This document shows, one piece after another, positions 43,891 to 53,576 of a stretch of DNA of 64,000 nt. Source of the stretch: Phaeodactylibacter sp. (GTDB lineage Bacteria > Bacteroidota > Bacteroidia > Chitinophagales > Saprospiraceae); the NCBI RefSeq assembly GCF_040219495.1, contig NZ_JAVJSK010000020.1, forward strand, positions 21,293-85,292, given 5' to 3'. Made by a program: the position numbers and the translations under genes. Numbering within the stretch: position 1 is the first letter of the stretch; the number at the start of each line of letters is the position of its first letter. Under the pieces are notes generated by a model that worked only from the letters and a program-made list of their open reading frames with translations, had not been told where the DNA came from and made no database searches.

Positions 43891-46062
43891 ATGGTAAAAG
43901 CATTTTTTATTTGCTCTTTTGTCATTGCGTTATCCCCTTACAATGCAAATTCTCAGACTGAGCCCTTTGATAGTCTGGGGTATGAGGTTGACAGCCTCGG
44001 TATGGCTGAAAGATTCGACTCATTGATGCTTAGGATTGAGGAGCAGGCTTTAAATTGCTATTCTCTTGGCGTCAGGAAAGTTGTGCCTGTCCTTTATCAA
44101 GAAGGCTTTTCCATTTACGTGCAGCTGTCTGACCTTCAAGTAAATACTGTTTTTCTAAGCCTTGATGGCTCCGAGGATCAACCTGTAGCTATTCCGCTGT
44201 CTGGTGACGGAGCTATAACTATTAGAAATTTACCTTTTGACAAAAATTATATCCTTAGCGGCTCCAACAGTTGCGGTGAGATCGTACCATTTTTAACGTT
44301 CTATACAGATGATCAGCTTCATTCCTACAAAGAGGGAATCACAGAAGTATTTTCGGAAGAAATGTTTCTGCTAGCGTCATCCTTTGCTGCTCAAGACACT
44401 TCTAACGCTCTTGCGCTTCACGAATTTATGAATAGCGAATCGAACATAGAAATACACCCTTTTGAAAAGCTAAATTTTTATCAACAATATATCATGCAGG
44501 GAGACCGCTATTCTACTCCCGTTGAAAGCGACTTGATTCCTACTGCCTTTGAAAAGCCCCAGTCAAGGAAAGACGAATGTGAGTGTTCGTTTGTTAAGCT
44601 TTCTGCATCTGCGAGCCCGACAGCTGGAACTACAGAATTAACTGGTCAAGAGTTCTTTGTGCCTGTAACTAACAATAATGGTGACAACTATTCAGAAGCA
44701 ACTAATGTCAATAAATTCCATTGGTACCAAGTCAAAGGTGCTGCAAAGGAAGTTTTTGTATACACAAGTGGATGGAAAGCCGACTGCGATCAGGAGCACT
44801 CCATGTCTGCCAATCACCAAGGCGACGCACGGCCTGACATTGATGAGGCTGAGGATGTAGAATTACTGAGAGAAGCGGGCAGCTATGGCAGGATAGCAGT
44901 ATCCTTACTTTGTAATAATGGAAACCAGTTGCCTGAGCGGTGTGACTGTAGCAAGAAAATACTATTCGATTACGAGTACAGAAATGCTCTTACAGCACGT
45001 GCAGAACGTCTTCGCAGCAGTGCCTTTAGTTGTAACAGAAGGCGCCAAGCGGCTGCCTATGCCGAAGATTTTGTTATCGTAACCAAGGAAACCCGACAGG
45101 CAGGCGACAACGCTGGCTCCGATAATGAAACGGTGATTATGGACTTAAACCGCTGGGCATTTGGAGCAGAATGTGGCACTGAGTTAAATCCTGAATGGCA
45201 AGAGGCTTTCAATGCTGTAATGGAAGATTTGTTTGGAAACGTAACGCTAGGAGATATTGAAAATTTCATATCGGGAGATGGGGAAGTTGGAGATATTATC
45301 AATTCTGATACAGAGTTACCTGATTTGATTGCATCAATTTCCAACTGGATTACGACTGAGCGATTCCTTGATATGCCTTGTGACACTGACACCAGGTTCT
45401 ACGGTGTGGATGGCAAGGAGGATTTTACTTTACACCCAAATGAGGAGCTTCGGTTTAACATTAGAACCAGTGGCATTGTGAGAGCTGAAGGTCAACGCAG
45501 CTGGCAATCAGAAGCACGAATACAAAGCAGCTTCGCCATGACTGTACAGACCTTTCCGGGGAGTACGGAAGAGCCAAATGTATCTTGCTGTAGCGACTGG
45601 GGTGCATCTTACGCCGGTTCGACACTAATGCCCGGAGGGTCAGGTGAGCAGATTAATCTGCAATCAACGCTGGAGGAGTTTCTAAATGGCACTCTTATGA
45701 CTTTTCCAGGCTGCACGCTTTTTTCAACTCCTGATGGCGACATCAGCAATGGAGAGTTTGGCACCTGTTCCGTGCCGACTGAAAGACCAGAGTGCAGCGT
45801 GCCTGTGATAGAGAGAAGCCATGATTCCAACGGTTTGGTAAGCTTTGGTCATAATTCCATCACCGAGGTTGCTTTGCTGGATATACAGGGCAGAGTGCTA
45901 CGGCAATTCAACAATCAAGGTTTTAATAACTTTGGAGAAATAGAAGCTTTTTTGCGGGAACGTATATCTAACTCAGGATATCCCACCGGAATTTATCTGG
46001 TCCGCTACCATAATGGCAATAGCGCTACCACTCAAAAGCTATTCTTCGGAGCTGGTTACTAA
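43891..46062 (+). CDS. Secreted protein with T9SS type A (Por_Secre_tail) C-terminal sorting domain
   Basis: Signal peptide MVKAFFICSFVIALSPYNANSQ at an internal Met. The C-terminus reads VALLDIQGRVLRQF...GIYLVRYHNGNSATTQKLFF. The region is AT-richer than its surroundings. Confidence 0.82.
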   Translation: MVKAFFICSFVIALSPYNANSQTEPFDSLGYEVDSLGMAERFDSLMLRIEEQALNCYSLGVRKVVPVLYQEGFSIYVQLSDLQVNTVFLSLDGSEDQPVAIPLSGDGAITIRNLPFDKNYILSGSNSCGEIVPFLTFYTDDQLHSYKEGITEVFSEEMFLLASSFAAQDTSNALALHEFMNSESNIEIHPFEKLNFYQQYIMQGDRYSTPVESDLIPTAFEKPQSRKDECECSFVKLSASASPTAGTTELTGQEFFVPVTNNNGDNYSEATNVNKFHWYQVKGAAKEVFVYTSGWKADCDQEHSMSANHQGDARPDIDEAEDVELLREAGSYGRIAVSLLCNNGNQLPERCDCSKKILFDYEYRNALTARAERLRSSAFSCNRRRQAAAYAEDFVIVTKETRQAGDNAGSDNETVIMDLNRWAFGAECGTELNPEWQEAFNAVMEDLFGNVTLGDIENFISGDGEVGDIINSDTELPDLIASISNWITTERFLDMPCDTDTRFYGVDGKEDFTLHPNEELRFNIRTSGIVRAEGQRSWQSEARIQSSFAMTVQTFPGSTEEPNVSCCSDWGASYAGSTLMPGGSGEQINLQSTLEEFLNGTLMTFPGCTLFSTPDGDISNGEFGTCSVPTERPECSVPVIERSHDSNGLVSFGHNSITEVALLDIQGRVLRQFNNQGFNNFGEIEAFLRERISNSGYPTGIYLVRYHNGNSATTQKLFFGAGY

Positions 46063-46133
46063 GGAGTCAAAATCAAAATTTTGAATGACAGCCAGCGACC
46101 GGAGGGTCGCTGCCCTACTTAAATAACTATAGA

Positions 46134-46778
46134 ATGAAACCAATCAATCAACTTACGCTGATACTTCTGGCAACAAGCCTGCTGCTTGCCTGCGACAAAA
46201 ATAAAGAAGATGGAGCCGCCTTAGTACACGATGGGAGGCCATGTGGAGGCGGCTATTTTTACTACACTGATGGAGAATGTGGGTGCCCGGAGCCTTATGT
46301 TCTTATTGGCGACCTGCCGGAAGAGGGTAACAACGATTACCGCACTCAAACCGGTATTTGCATTACTGTATCCAAGGGCAAAGAAATAGTCTTTTACGCC
46401 ACCAGCGATTGCAAGTGCACCGCGCTAACCAATAACACCCCGGATACTTTTGCCCTCAAGTTTCCAATTATCGAAGCACCTACCGGAGAAGGGCAGTTCA
46501 CAGGCCGATATGACCGATCAGGCTACTACGGCCATGAAACTGGATATATCATGAGGCAGGAAGGCGGCGAGGAGGTCAACCTGAGCCTGTACAATGTTTT
46601 CCATCAGGGAGAGCACCCGGAATGCCAATCTTATCACCCCGGTACGGTAGGGAAGATGAAATTGTTTTTCCCGGAAGGTGAGGAAAAAGCAATGGGACTG
46701 GTAATTTGGCAAACCCTGGGCAGCGACGCTACGATTTTGGATACTTGCGCTATTACTTTAATTAGAGTATCCACTTAG
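46134..46778 (+). CDS. Lipoprotein, function unknown (Cys-rich)
   Basis: Signal peptide plus lipobox LLLACDKNKE; 214 aa. Confidence 0.72.
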   Translation: MKPINQLTLILLATSLLLACDKNKEDGAALVHDGRPCGGGYFYYTDGECGCPEPYVLIGDLPEEGNNDYRTQTGICITVSKGKEIVFYATSDCKCTALTNNTPDTFALKFPIIEAPTGEGQFTGRYDRSGYYGHETGYIMRQEGGEEVNLSLYNVFHQGEHPECQSYHPGTVGKMKLFFPEGEEKAMGLVIWQTLGSDATILDTCAITLIRVST

Positions 46779-47201
46779 GGTTCAGCGGAAAATAAGGTCT
46801 TCATTTCAGGCGAGCTATTTTTGCACCAGACAAGGCGCGAAGAACGAGCATAGCCTAGTGGTTCATGTCGCAAATATCTCCACATTTACACTTGTCCTTT
46901 TCCGCCTACTCTTCCCCGGAGAACCGAGCTTCGTAGCTTTGGCTACGATCCCGAACCTCCGTCTCGATTAGACGAAAAATGACGGCGTCTAAATTGTGTA
47001 TCTACTTACAACTTGAACCACTAGTGCGACTAGACCGAATTTTTTGATCGTTTTTTCACGCCTGGAACGTTTGCAGTTGCTGAATATTAAACGGTCAAGC
47101 ATTTACGGCTCAATCCACTAGCTACGTAAGTGATGAGCAACGAAGGCTGGGGTGAAAATAGCCGTATCAAATGGGGAAGTTATTTTTCGCTGGACCCTTA
47201 G
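46775..47201. other. 427-bp non-coding element with about 91-nt imperfect terminal inverted arms (candidate structured RNA or non-autonomous mobile element)
   Basis: The left arm ttagggttcagcggaaaataa..catttca..gctattttt..agcctagtggttca matches the reverse complement of the right arm ..ccactagct..aaaatagcc..tcaaatg..ttatttttcgctggaccctta. Internal hairpins include cgtagc-tttg-gctacg, cgtct-cgatt-agacg, and ctagtggttc (46853) against gaaccactag (about 47016). Confidence 0.5.
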
Positions 47202-47339
47202 ATAAACTATTGTCAGACTCACTGTTACAGGATGCCGGGTTGCTCGTTTCGCTTTATCGCTTTTTTCTAGGCTGCCATCTTCATTAGACTTGATGCGTCG
47301 GGAATTGTCTATCTTTAGGGTTGTTCAACCCGACATCCC

Positions 47340-48704
47340 ATGCAGCGCCTGTTCCAACCTGTAGACATTGCTTCCCTCATTCTACTCCGTATCGTATTTG
47401 GCATACTGGGCTTTGCTGATGTTTTCGGCACCTGGATCTACTACCACATGATGAAAGGCGCTTTTGATACGGAAGGGTTCCAGTTTAAATATTACGGTTT
47501 TGAATGGGTGCGGCCACTGCCCGAGCCATTCATGAGCATACTGCTGCTGAGCATTTGTGCCTGTGCAATCCTGGTAGCGCTGGGCAAGTGGTACCGCATT
47601 TCAGCCACCCTTTTTGCCTTCGGGTTTACCTATACCTATTTTCTGGAGAAAGCGCATTACCTCAACCACGGCTACCTCTTTTGCTGGATTAGCTTTCTGA
47701 TGATTTTCCTGCCCGTGGACCGGCAGCTGTCCCTTGATGTCAAAAAGAACCCGGACCTCAAGTCTGACACGGCTCCCTACTGGTGCCTGTTCATCCCGCA
47801 GTTTCTTATGGGCGTAGTGTACTTTTTTGGCGGCATTGCCAAGCTCAACAGCGACTGGCTCCATGCCATCCCCCTCAAGCAGTGGATTAGGTACCGGGCA
47901 GATCACCCGTTAATCGGCCCCTTGCTGGAGCAGGAGTGGATGGCCTACTTTATGGCTTATGGTGGCGTAATGCTGGACTTATTCGTGGTCTTTTTCCTGG
48001 TTTTCAGAAGGACTCGCCCCTGGGCTTTTGCAGCCGTCCTGTTTTTTCACTTTATGAATCTGCTGGTGTTTAGTATCGGCATTTTCCCTTTCCTCTCCGT
48101 TACCCTGACCGCCTTGTACTTTGCGCCGGATTTCCCGCGCCGCTTCCTGCATTGGCTTGCAGACCGATGGGATTGGCTCAACAAGCAACAAAACGCCTGG
48201 ATTTCGAGGATGCAAAGCAGTACTGAAAAGATTCCAATGTGGCAAGCCGCTCCCCGCAACCGCACCGTTATCCTCAGCGGGCTTGGCGTACTGATGGCTA
48301 TCCATTTGCTATTGCCCCTGCGCCACCACCTGTACCCCGGTGATGTCGCCTGGACGGAAGAAGGGCACCGCTACTCCTGGCGGATGATGCTGCGATCCAA
48401 AATCGGATTCGGGCAGTTCCGGGTTGTCAATCAGGCGACAGGGAAAGAGACGATTGTCCGCCCCAAAGCCTACCTTTCTGAGCGGCAGGAGCGCAAGTTG
48501 TATACCCACCCCGACATGATCCTGCAGTTTGCCCATTTTCTGGAAAAAGAATTTGAGGAAGAAGGGCAGGAAGTAGCGGTCTATGCAGACATCCGCTGCA
48601 AACTCAACTACCGAGATTACCATCCCTACATCGACCCGGAGACCGACCTCACGCAGGTGGAATGGTCCTTTTGGGCGCCATCCGATTGGATTTTGCCAGA
48701 ATAA
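47340..48704 (+). CDS. HTTM-domain (vitamin-K-dependent gamma-carboxylase-like) polytopic membrane protein
   Basis: N-terminus MQRLFQPVDIASLILLRIVFGILGFADV... with multiple TM helices, 454 aa. This matches the typical bacterial HTTM architecture as I remember it. Confidence 0.85.
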   Translation: MQRLFQPVDIASLILLRIVFGILGFADVFGTWIYYHMMKGAFDTEGFQFKYYGFEWVRPLPEPFMSILLLSICACAILVALGKWYRISATLFAFGFTYTYFLEKAHYLNHGYLFCWISFLMIFLPVDRQLSLDVKKNPDLKSDTAPYWCLFIPQFLMGVVYFFGGIAKLNSDWLHAIPLKQWIRYRADHPLIGPLLEQEWMAYFMAYGGVMLDLFVVFFLVFRRTRPWAFAAVLFFHFMNLLVFSIGIFPFLSVTLTALYFAPDFPRRFLHWLADRWDWLNKQQNAWISRMQSSTEKIPMWQAAPRNRTVILSGLGVLMAIHLLLPLRHHLYPGDVAWTEEGHRYSWRMMLRSKIGFGQFRVVNQATGKETIVRPKAYLSERQERKLYTHPDMILQFAHFLEKEFEEEGQEVAVYADIRCKLNYRDYHPYIDPETDLTQVEWSFWAPSDWILPE

Positions 48705-48726
48705 GCCTATCTTTTTGACCAAAACG

Positions 48727-49752
48727 ATGAACCGCAGGTCTTTTTCCAAACATGCTCTTGCCTTACCCTTTCTGCCAGGCAGTGCATCCCTGAACCCAAC
48801 CACGCCAAAGCGTATTCTCCCCAAACGCCTGCGCCCCGGCGATACGGTAGGCTTCGTTACACCGGGCAGCTACATCAGTGACGAATCCCTGGAGCAGGCC
48901 GTTTCCAATATGCTCAAGCTCGGGCTGCGGGTGAAGATGGGCAAAAACATCCGCGCTAAGCATGGTTTTGTGGCCGGTACCGATCAGCAACGCCTTGATG
49001 ACCTGCACACGATGTTCTCCGACCGGTCTGTAGATGCAGTCTGGTGCGCCCGCGGCGGCTACGGCTGCACACGGCTACTGCCCAAAATCGACTATGACCT
49101 CATCCGCCGTAATCCGAAAATCCTGATTGGCTACAGCGACATAACCGCCCTGCTTAATGCCATCTACCACAAGACCGGTTTGGTGACTTTCCACGGGCCG
49201 GTAGGGGCATCCGAATTTTCTACCTATACCGAAGCACAGGTCCGTGCTGTACTGATGGACGGGACCGCCCCCTACCCCATCCCTTTATCCGAAGACAATG
49301 AAGCCTCCGAAGATTCACTTTTTCAGCCGGAGGTTATCCGCAAAGGGCAGGCAGAAGGCGTGCTGATGGGTGGCAATCTGTCCCTGCTGGCCGCTATGGC
49401 AGGCACCGGGTATTTACCTGACCCAACCGGCGCTATTGTGTTTATGGAAGACGTTGGGGAGGCGCCCTACCGGGTGGACCGCATGCTCACACAGCTGCGG
49501 CAGGCCTGGCCGCTAAAAGCTGCTAATGGAATAGCGCTTGGCGTTTTTGCAGATTGTGCCAAAAAAGAAGGCAGCGACTCGCTCACCCTATCCGAAACCC
49601 TGCAGGAACAGCTGCGCCCCACAGATACCCCAACCGCTTACGGCTTACCCTTTGGGCATATTGACCATCAGTGTACTTTCCCGGTGGGTGTTCGGGCACG
49701 GTTTGATGCAGCGGCGCGGTCGATCACCTTGCTGGAGGCGGGTGTCCGGTAA
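48727..49752 (+). CDS. LD-carboxypeptidase (peptidase S66, LdcA/MccF-like)
   Basis: LRPGDTVGFVTPGS, RGGYGCTRLL, GYSDITALL, GGNLSLL and MEDVGEAPYRVDRMLTQL. The start is taken at the internal Met with a signal-like N-terminus; the ORF-track start at 48583 overlaps the HTTM gene. Confidence 0.85.
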   Translation: MNRRSFSKHALALPFLPGSASLNPTTPKRILPKRLRPGDTVGFVTPGSYISDESLEQAVSNMLKLGLRVKMGKNIRAKHGFVAGTDQQRLDDLHTMFSDRSVDAVWCARGGYGCTRLLPKIDYDLIRRNPKILIGYSDITALLNAIYHKTGLVTFHGPVGASEFSTYTEAQVRAVLMDGTAPYPIPLSEDNEASEDSLFQPEVIRKGQAEGVLMGGNLSLLAAMAGTGYLPDPTGAIVFMEDVGEAPYRVDRMLTQLRQAWPLKAANGIALGVFADCAKKEGSDSLTLSETLQEQLRPTDTPTAYGLPFGHIDHQCTFPVGVRARFDAAARSITLLEAGVR

Positions 49753-50048
49753 AGCACAAGACGGGCCAAACAATAAACATTACTGATAATAAATGCTCAA
49801 GCTACCAACAGGAAAAAGTGACTACTATACCGAATACTACAACAAGGTTCTGATCCAGCTGAAAATCCAATTCCTAGCCAGTATTGGAAGGGAAGAGGAA
49901 GCTATAGCCATCATCAATACCTACCTGGAGATTGCTGAAATACGGCAGGTCCTGGTTGACGAAGCCATTGTACATGAAAACTACTCAAACCCCACATGTT
50001 CTGAATTTAGAAAAACATGCCCTTATGTTTTCCTATATCCCCAACAAC

Positions 50049-52802
50049 ATGCACTTCCGTACACCTGCATGCGTCGCATTTATCTTTTTCTTACACGCCC
50101 TAAGCCTTCCCGCTCAGGTTGCCGGGCCTGCGCAAAAATCCACAAATAACGTATGGGGATACACTGTTGGCCAACCACTGGAACAGGTCACGGCAACTAC
50201 TACCTCTGACACCGCAAGCTTCAATCAGGGGCTTCTCTCACACCCAACCGAGTTGATACAGGGGCAGCTTGCTGGCGTTCAGATCTACAACCGGGGCGGC
50301 AACCCCAATGCCCTGCCACTATTTCGGGTGCGGGGGCTTTCGTCCTATTCACAGCGGCAGCCTTTGCTGGTGGTGGATGGTATTGCAGGAGCTTCCTGGC
50401 ATAGCCTTGATCCGGAGGACATCGCAAAAATCACTGTACTCAAAGACGGAGCCAGCCAAGGCGTTTACGGTATACGAGCCTCCAACGGCGTAATACTCGT
50501 TCGCACCAAAACCAGCTCGTTCATTCAAGACACGCTGACCGTTTCCTACACCGGGCAGCTAGCCGCTTCCACACCCTATGAGGGCTTCCCGGTCATGGAC
50601 GCTGCTGCATTTCGTCTGGCTGGCCATTGGGACTTCGGCGGGTCGACCAACTGGCTGGAAGAGGTACAGCGCAACGGCAGCAGTCAGGCGCACAACCTGT
50701 CCCTTAGCGGGCATAAAGGGGGTACAAACTTCAGGATTGCCGGTCATTTCCGGGATATTGAGGGCGTATTACAACAATCCGGCTTCACACAAGCCAACCT
50801 CCGCGCTTACCTCCACCGGTCCTTTTTACAAGATGCCCTGGATGTTAAAATCCACGCCGCTTACACTAACCGCAGCAGTCAACTGGGCTTCCCGGAAGCT
50901 TTTCGCTATGCAGCCGCTTTCAATCCCACCATCCCACTAGACGCGGCGGATGCCCCTTTCCCATACGATGCAGTCCGCTTCGGCGGTTTTTTCGAAACGC
51001 CTGGGCTGTTCGACTCCTTCAACCCCAAAGCGATGGTGGAGCTGAATACCAATGATGGGGTAACAGAATTGCTTCAAACCTCCGCCCTGGTGCAGTATCG
51101 GATCAGCGAACAGCTGTCGGTACAGGCCAGATATGCCTATCAGGATCAATTTATTAATCAGCGGGCTTTTTACAGTCCACAGTCTATGCTTCGCGGAAAT
51201 GCCTACAGCCCTTATGAAGAAAGGCGCGGGCGGGCAGACCTCACCGATAAAAGTGCTGCCCTCTCACTCTACGAAGCTTTTGTACACTACAACAAACGTT
51301 TGGAAAACATTGAGCTTCGATTCAGCAGTGGTACTTCCTACACGAATATCGCCCACACTTTTGACCAACTCAATCTTTTTGGCTTCACTGATGACGGGTT
51401 GTTGTCCAACAAAAGAATCAGCGACTATGCGTCATGGGCTTTAAACACTTACCAAGCCGATACCACTAGCAGCGGCTGGTCGGAAAAAACATCCGCCTTC
51501 TTTGGCCAGCTGCACCTGACGGTCAAAGAGCGTCTGCACACCTTCGCATCCCTGAGGTACGAAGGTGCAAGCAAGTTAGGCGACGATAACAACTGGGGCC
51601 TCTTCCCGGCAGTAGGCGCGGGCTACGAGCTAATCAAGCCTAATGAGGAATCGGCTGTAGAACAACTTCGGGTCAGGGCCAGCTACGGTGCTACCGGTGC
51701 CCTGCCCGACGAAGCCGGTCTTTCACAGCGGCGCATCCGGACTACAGCCTTTCCAAATGGGTTCGTAGACACAACGGTCATTCACACCGCAAATCCGGAC
51801 CTGGGCTGGGAGAAAAAGCAAGAATTCAACATAGGCCTGACGCTCCGAACCGGCAAACTGCTGGCGCAAATTGACTGGTATACCCGAACGGTAAGTGACT
51901 GGATCACAAGCGATTTTGTTTTCAACACTCCTTATACCAACCAAAATGCCTTTCGGACCACCGGGCTGGACCTCAATCTCGAGCTTATCCTTTGGGAGCG
52001 GCCGAGCTTAGCATATACCACCGGACTGCAAGGGTCTACCTACCGTTCGGTATATCAGGAAACCGGAACAGAAAGCCCTGCCCTACTCCTCACCCCCGGT
52101 AACATCTATGGCACGCCGGTTGTCGTTATGCAGGAGGGCGGAAATATGGGCGAGGTGAGCGGCCCTCAATTTACGGGGGAAGTCAATGCGGAAGGCGTTC
52201 CTGTTTTTGAAGACCAGAACGGAGACGGCGTGATCAACCTACAGCCCTCCCTGCTTGGGCAACCGGAAAGCGATCTGGTTACGCTCGGCAGTGGACTGCC
52301 CACATTGGAGTGGGGGTGGTCGCACCGGCTGCAATGGGGCAGTTGGGAAGTGAGGGCGTTGCTAAGAGGTGCCTTGGGGCATAGTATGGCCAATATGCAC
52401 CGGCTACGTTATGAGCCACGTCCTTTCACTGGCAGGAGTGTTTATAACCTATTCCAAAACGAACGCGTACTGGAAAATTTAACTGCTTACCAATTTTCCT
52501 CCTATTATACCGAGCGGGCTGATTTTGTAAAGTTTGACCACTTACAGATTGCCAAGACCTTTACCGCTAATACCGGAGGTCGGGCATTCAGGCTGAGGCT
52601 ATCGCTGACTGCCCGCAATCTACTGCTTGCTTCCCGCTACTCCGGTATAGACCCCGAGCCGGTACTGGAAGACCCGGGAACGACCATTTTCGGTGACAAC
52701 CTTTCGCCAGACCAACGGGTCCCACTTGCGGCAGGTGTAGACCGGCTGGATTATTACCTGCCGGCCCGGCAATTTGTGTTTAGCCTTCAAGTGCAATTGT
52801 AG
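50049..52802 (+). CDS. TonB-dependent outer-membrane receptor (SusC/RagA-like plug and barrel)
   Basis: Signal peptide MHFRTPACVAFIFFLHALSLPAQ. Plug: LIQGQLAGVQI...RVRGLSS...PLLVVDGI...DIAKITVLKDGASQGVYGIRASNGVILVRTK. The terminal F/L-rich beta strand reads QFVFSLQVQL. No SusD gene follows. Confidence 0.85.
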   Translation: MHFRTPACVAFIFFLHALSLPAQVAGPAQKSTNNVWGYTVGQPLEQVTATTTSDTASFNQGLLSHPTELIQGQLAGVQIYNRGGNPNALPLFRVRGLSSYSQRQPLLVVDGIAGASWHSLDPEDIAKITVLKDGASQGVYGIRASNGVILVRTKTSSFIQDTLTVSYTGQLAASTPYEGFPVMDAAAFRLAGHWDFGGSTNWLEEVQRNGSSQAHNLSLSGHKGGTNFRIAGHFRDIEGVLQQSGFTQANLRAYLHRSFLQDALDVKIHAAYTNRSSQLGFPEAFRYAAAFNPTIPLDAADAPFPYDAVRFGGFFETPGLFDSFNPKAMVELNTNDGVTELLQTSALVQYRISEQLSVQARYAYQDQFINQRAFYSPQSMLRGNAYSPYEERRGRADLTDKSAALSLYEAFVHYNKRLENIELRFSSGTSYTNIAHTFDQLNLFGFTDDGLLSNKRISDYASWALNTYQADTTSSGWSEKTSAFFGQLHLTVKERLHTFASLRYEGASKLGDDNNWGLFPAVGAGYELIKPNEESAVEQLRVRASYGATGALPDEAGLSQRRIRTTAFPNGFVDTTVIHTANPDLGWEKKQEFNIGLTLRTGKLLAQIDWYTRTVSDWITSDFVFNTPYTNQNAFRTTGLDLNLELILWERPSLAYTTGLQGSTYRSVYQETGTESPALLLTPGNIYGTPVVVMQEGGNMGEVSGPQFTGEVNAEGVPVFEDQNGDGVINLQPSLLGQPESDLVTLGSGLPTLEWGWSHRLQWGSWEVRALLRGALGHSMANMHRLRYEPRPFTGRSVYNLFQNERVLENLTAYQFSSYYTERADFVKFDHLQIAKTFTANTGGRAFRLRLSLTARNLLLASRYSGIDPEPVLEDPGTTIFGDNLSPDQRVPLAAGVDRLDYYLPARQFVFSLQVQL

Positions 52803-52809
52803 AATGTGA

Positions 52810-53424
52810 CTACCCCCACAATTGCCCCAACTGCATGAGCGCCAACAGCAGGAAAAGCCCACTGAGCCCGGCATTCAGCTTTTGGTAAAATCCTGGCCCG
52901 GCCTGCTCGATGCGCTTTGCGGCAAGGGTATAGAGCGACAGCATGGCGAATGCACCAACAGCAGTACCGAAAACATAAAACAGCCGGTAGGGTGCGGCGA
53001 AAATCAGTAGCCCGCGCGCACGCAGCACAGTGGTCAGCACAAACATGCCCGGGATATTGACGAGGTTGAAAAAAGAAACCAGGAAGCCCTTTAGTATGGG
53101 CTGCCCTTTTTGTTCACTGGCCTGAATAGTCTGCCGCCGGAAAGCCTGTAGTCCGAAAAAAACACTGAGGCCCAGAAAAAGCAGCACCGCGCCTTGCCGC
53201 AGGTAGTTGATGTAGGTGGGTTCGCGGGCGAGCAGCCCGGCGAAAGCAATGGCGATATACGCATGGATAAACACGGCAACAGAAGCCCCGATATTGAAGC
53301 GTAACGCAGCGGGAGCCCCCCGGCGTAGATACTCCCGGGCAGCAGTCACATTCACCATCCCAGGCAGCAGCATGGCGAGCATGGTCACTACACAGCCCAA
53401 CAAACTATGTGTCAGATAAGTCAT
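52810..53424 (-). CDS. LysE-family amino-acid efflux/translocator protein
   Basis: About 204 aa, six hydrophobic segments, LysE-like KGFLVSFFNLVNIPG. The ATG is at 53424; the ORF-track TTG start is at 53433. Confidence 0.8.
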   Translation of the reverse strand: MTYLTHSLLGCVVTMLAMLLPGMVNVTAAREYLRRGAPAALRFNIGASVAVFIHAYIAIAFAGLLAREPTYINYLRQGAVLLFLGLSVFFGLQAFRRQTIQASEQKGQPILKGFLVSFFNLVNIPGMFVLTTVLRARGLLIFAAPYRLFYVFGTAVGAFAMLSLYTLAAKRIEQAGPGFYQKLNAGLSGLFLLLALMQLGQLWG

Positions 53425-53576
53425 GGCGGGCAAAGGTAGGGAAACTTTGGAGGTTGCCTGTTAGGCGGCACGCATACAGCAGGGATATGCTGCTTTTAGA
53501 GCTTGTTCCTACTAACGGTAAAGAGCCTTATATTAACTACATTTGCCTAACTAAAACAAGAAACAGCCCCGCTCCC

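Noticed and set aside
49793-50149. 118-aa ORF between the LD-carboxypeptidase and TonB-receptor genes
   Set aside because: It has no motif, overlaps the probable receptor start and signal peptide, and may at most be a gene remnant. The evidence is insufficient.
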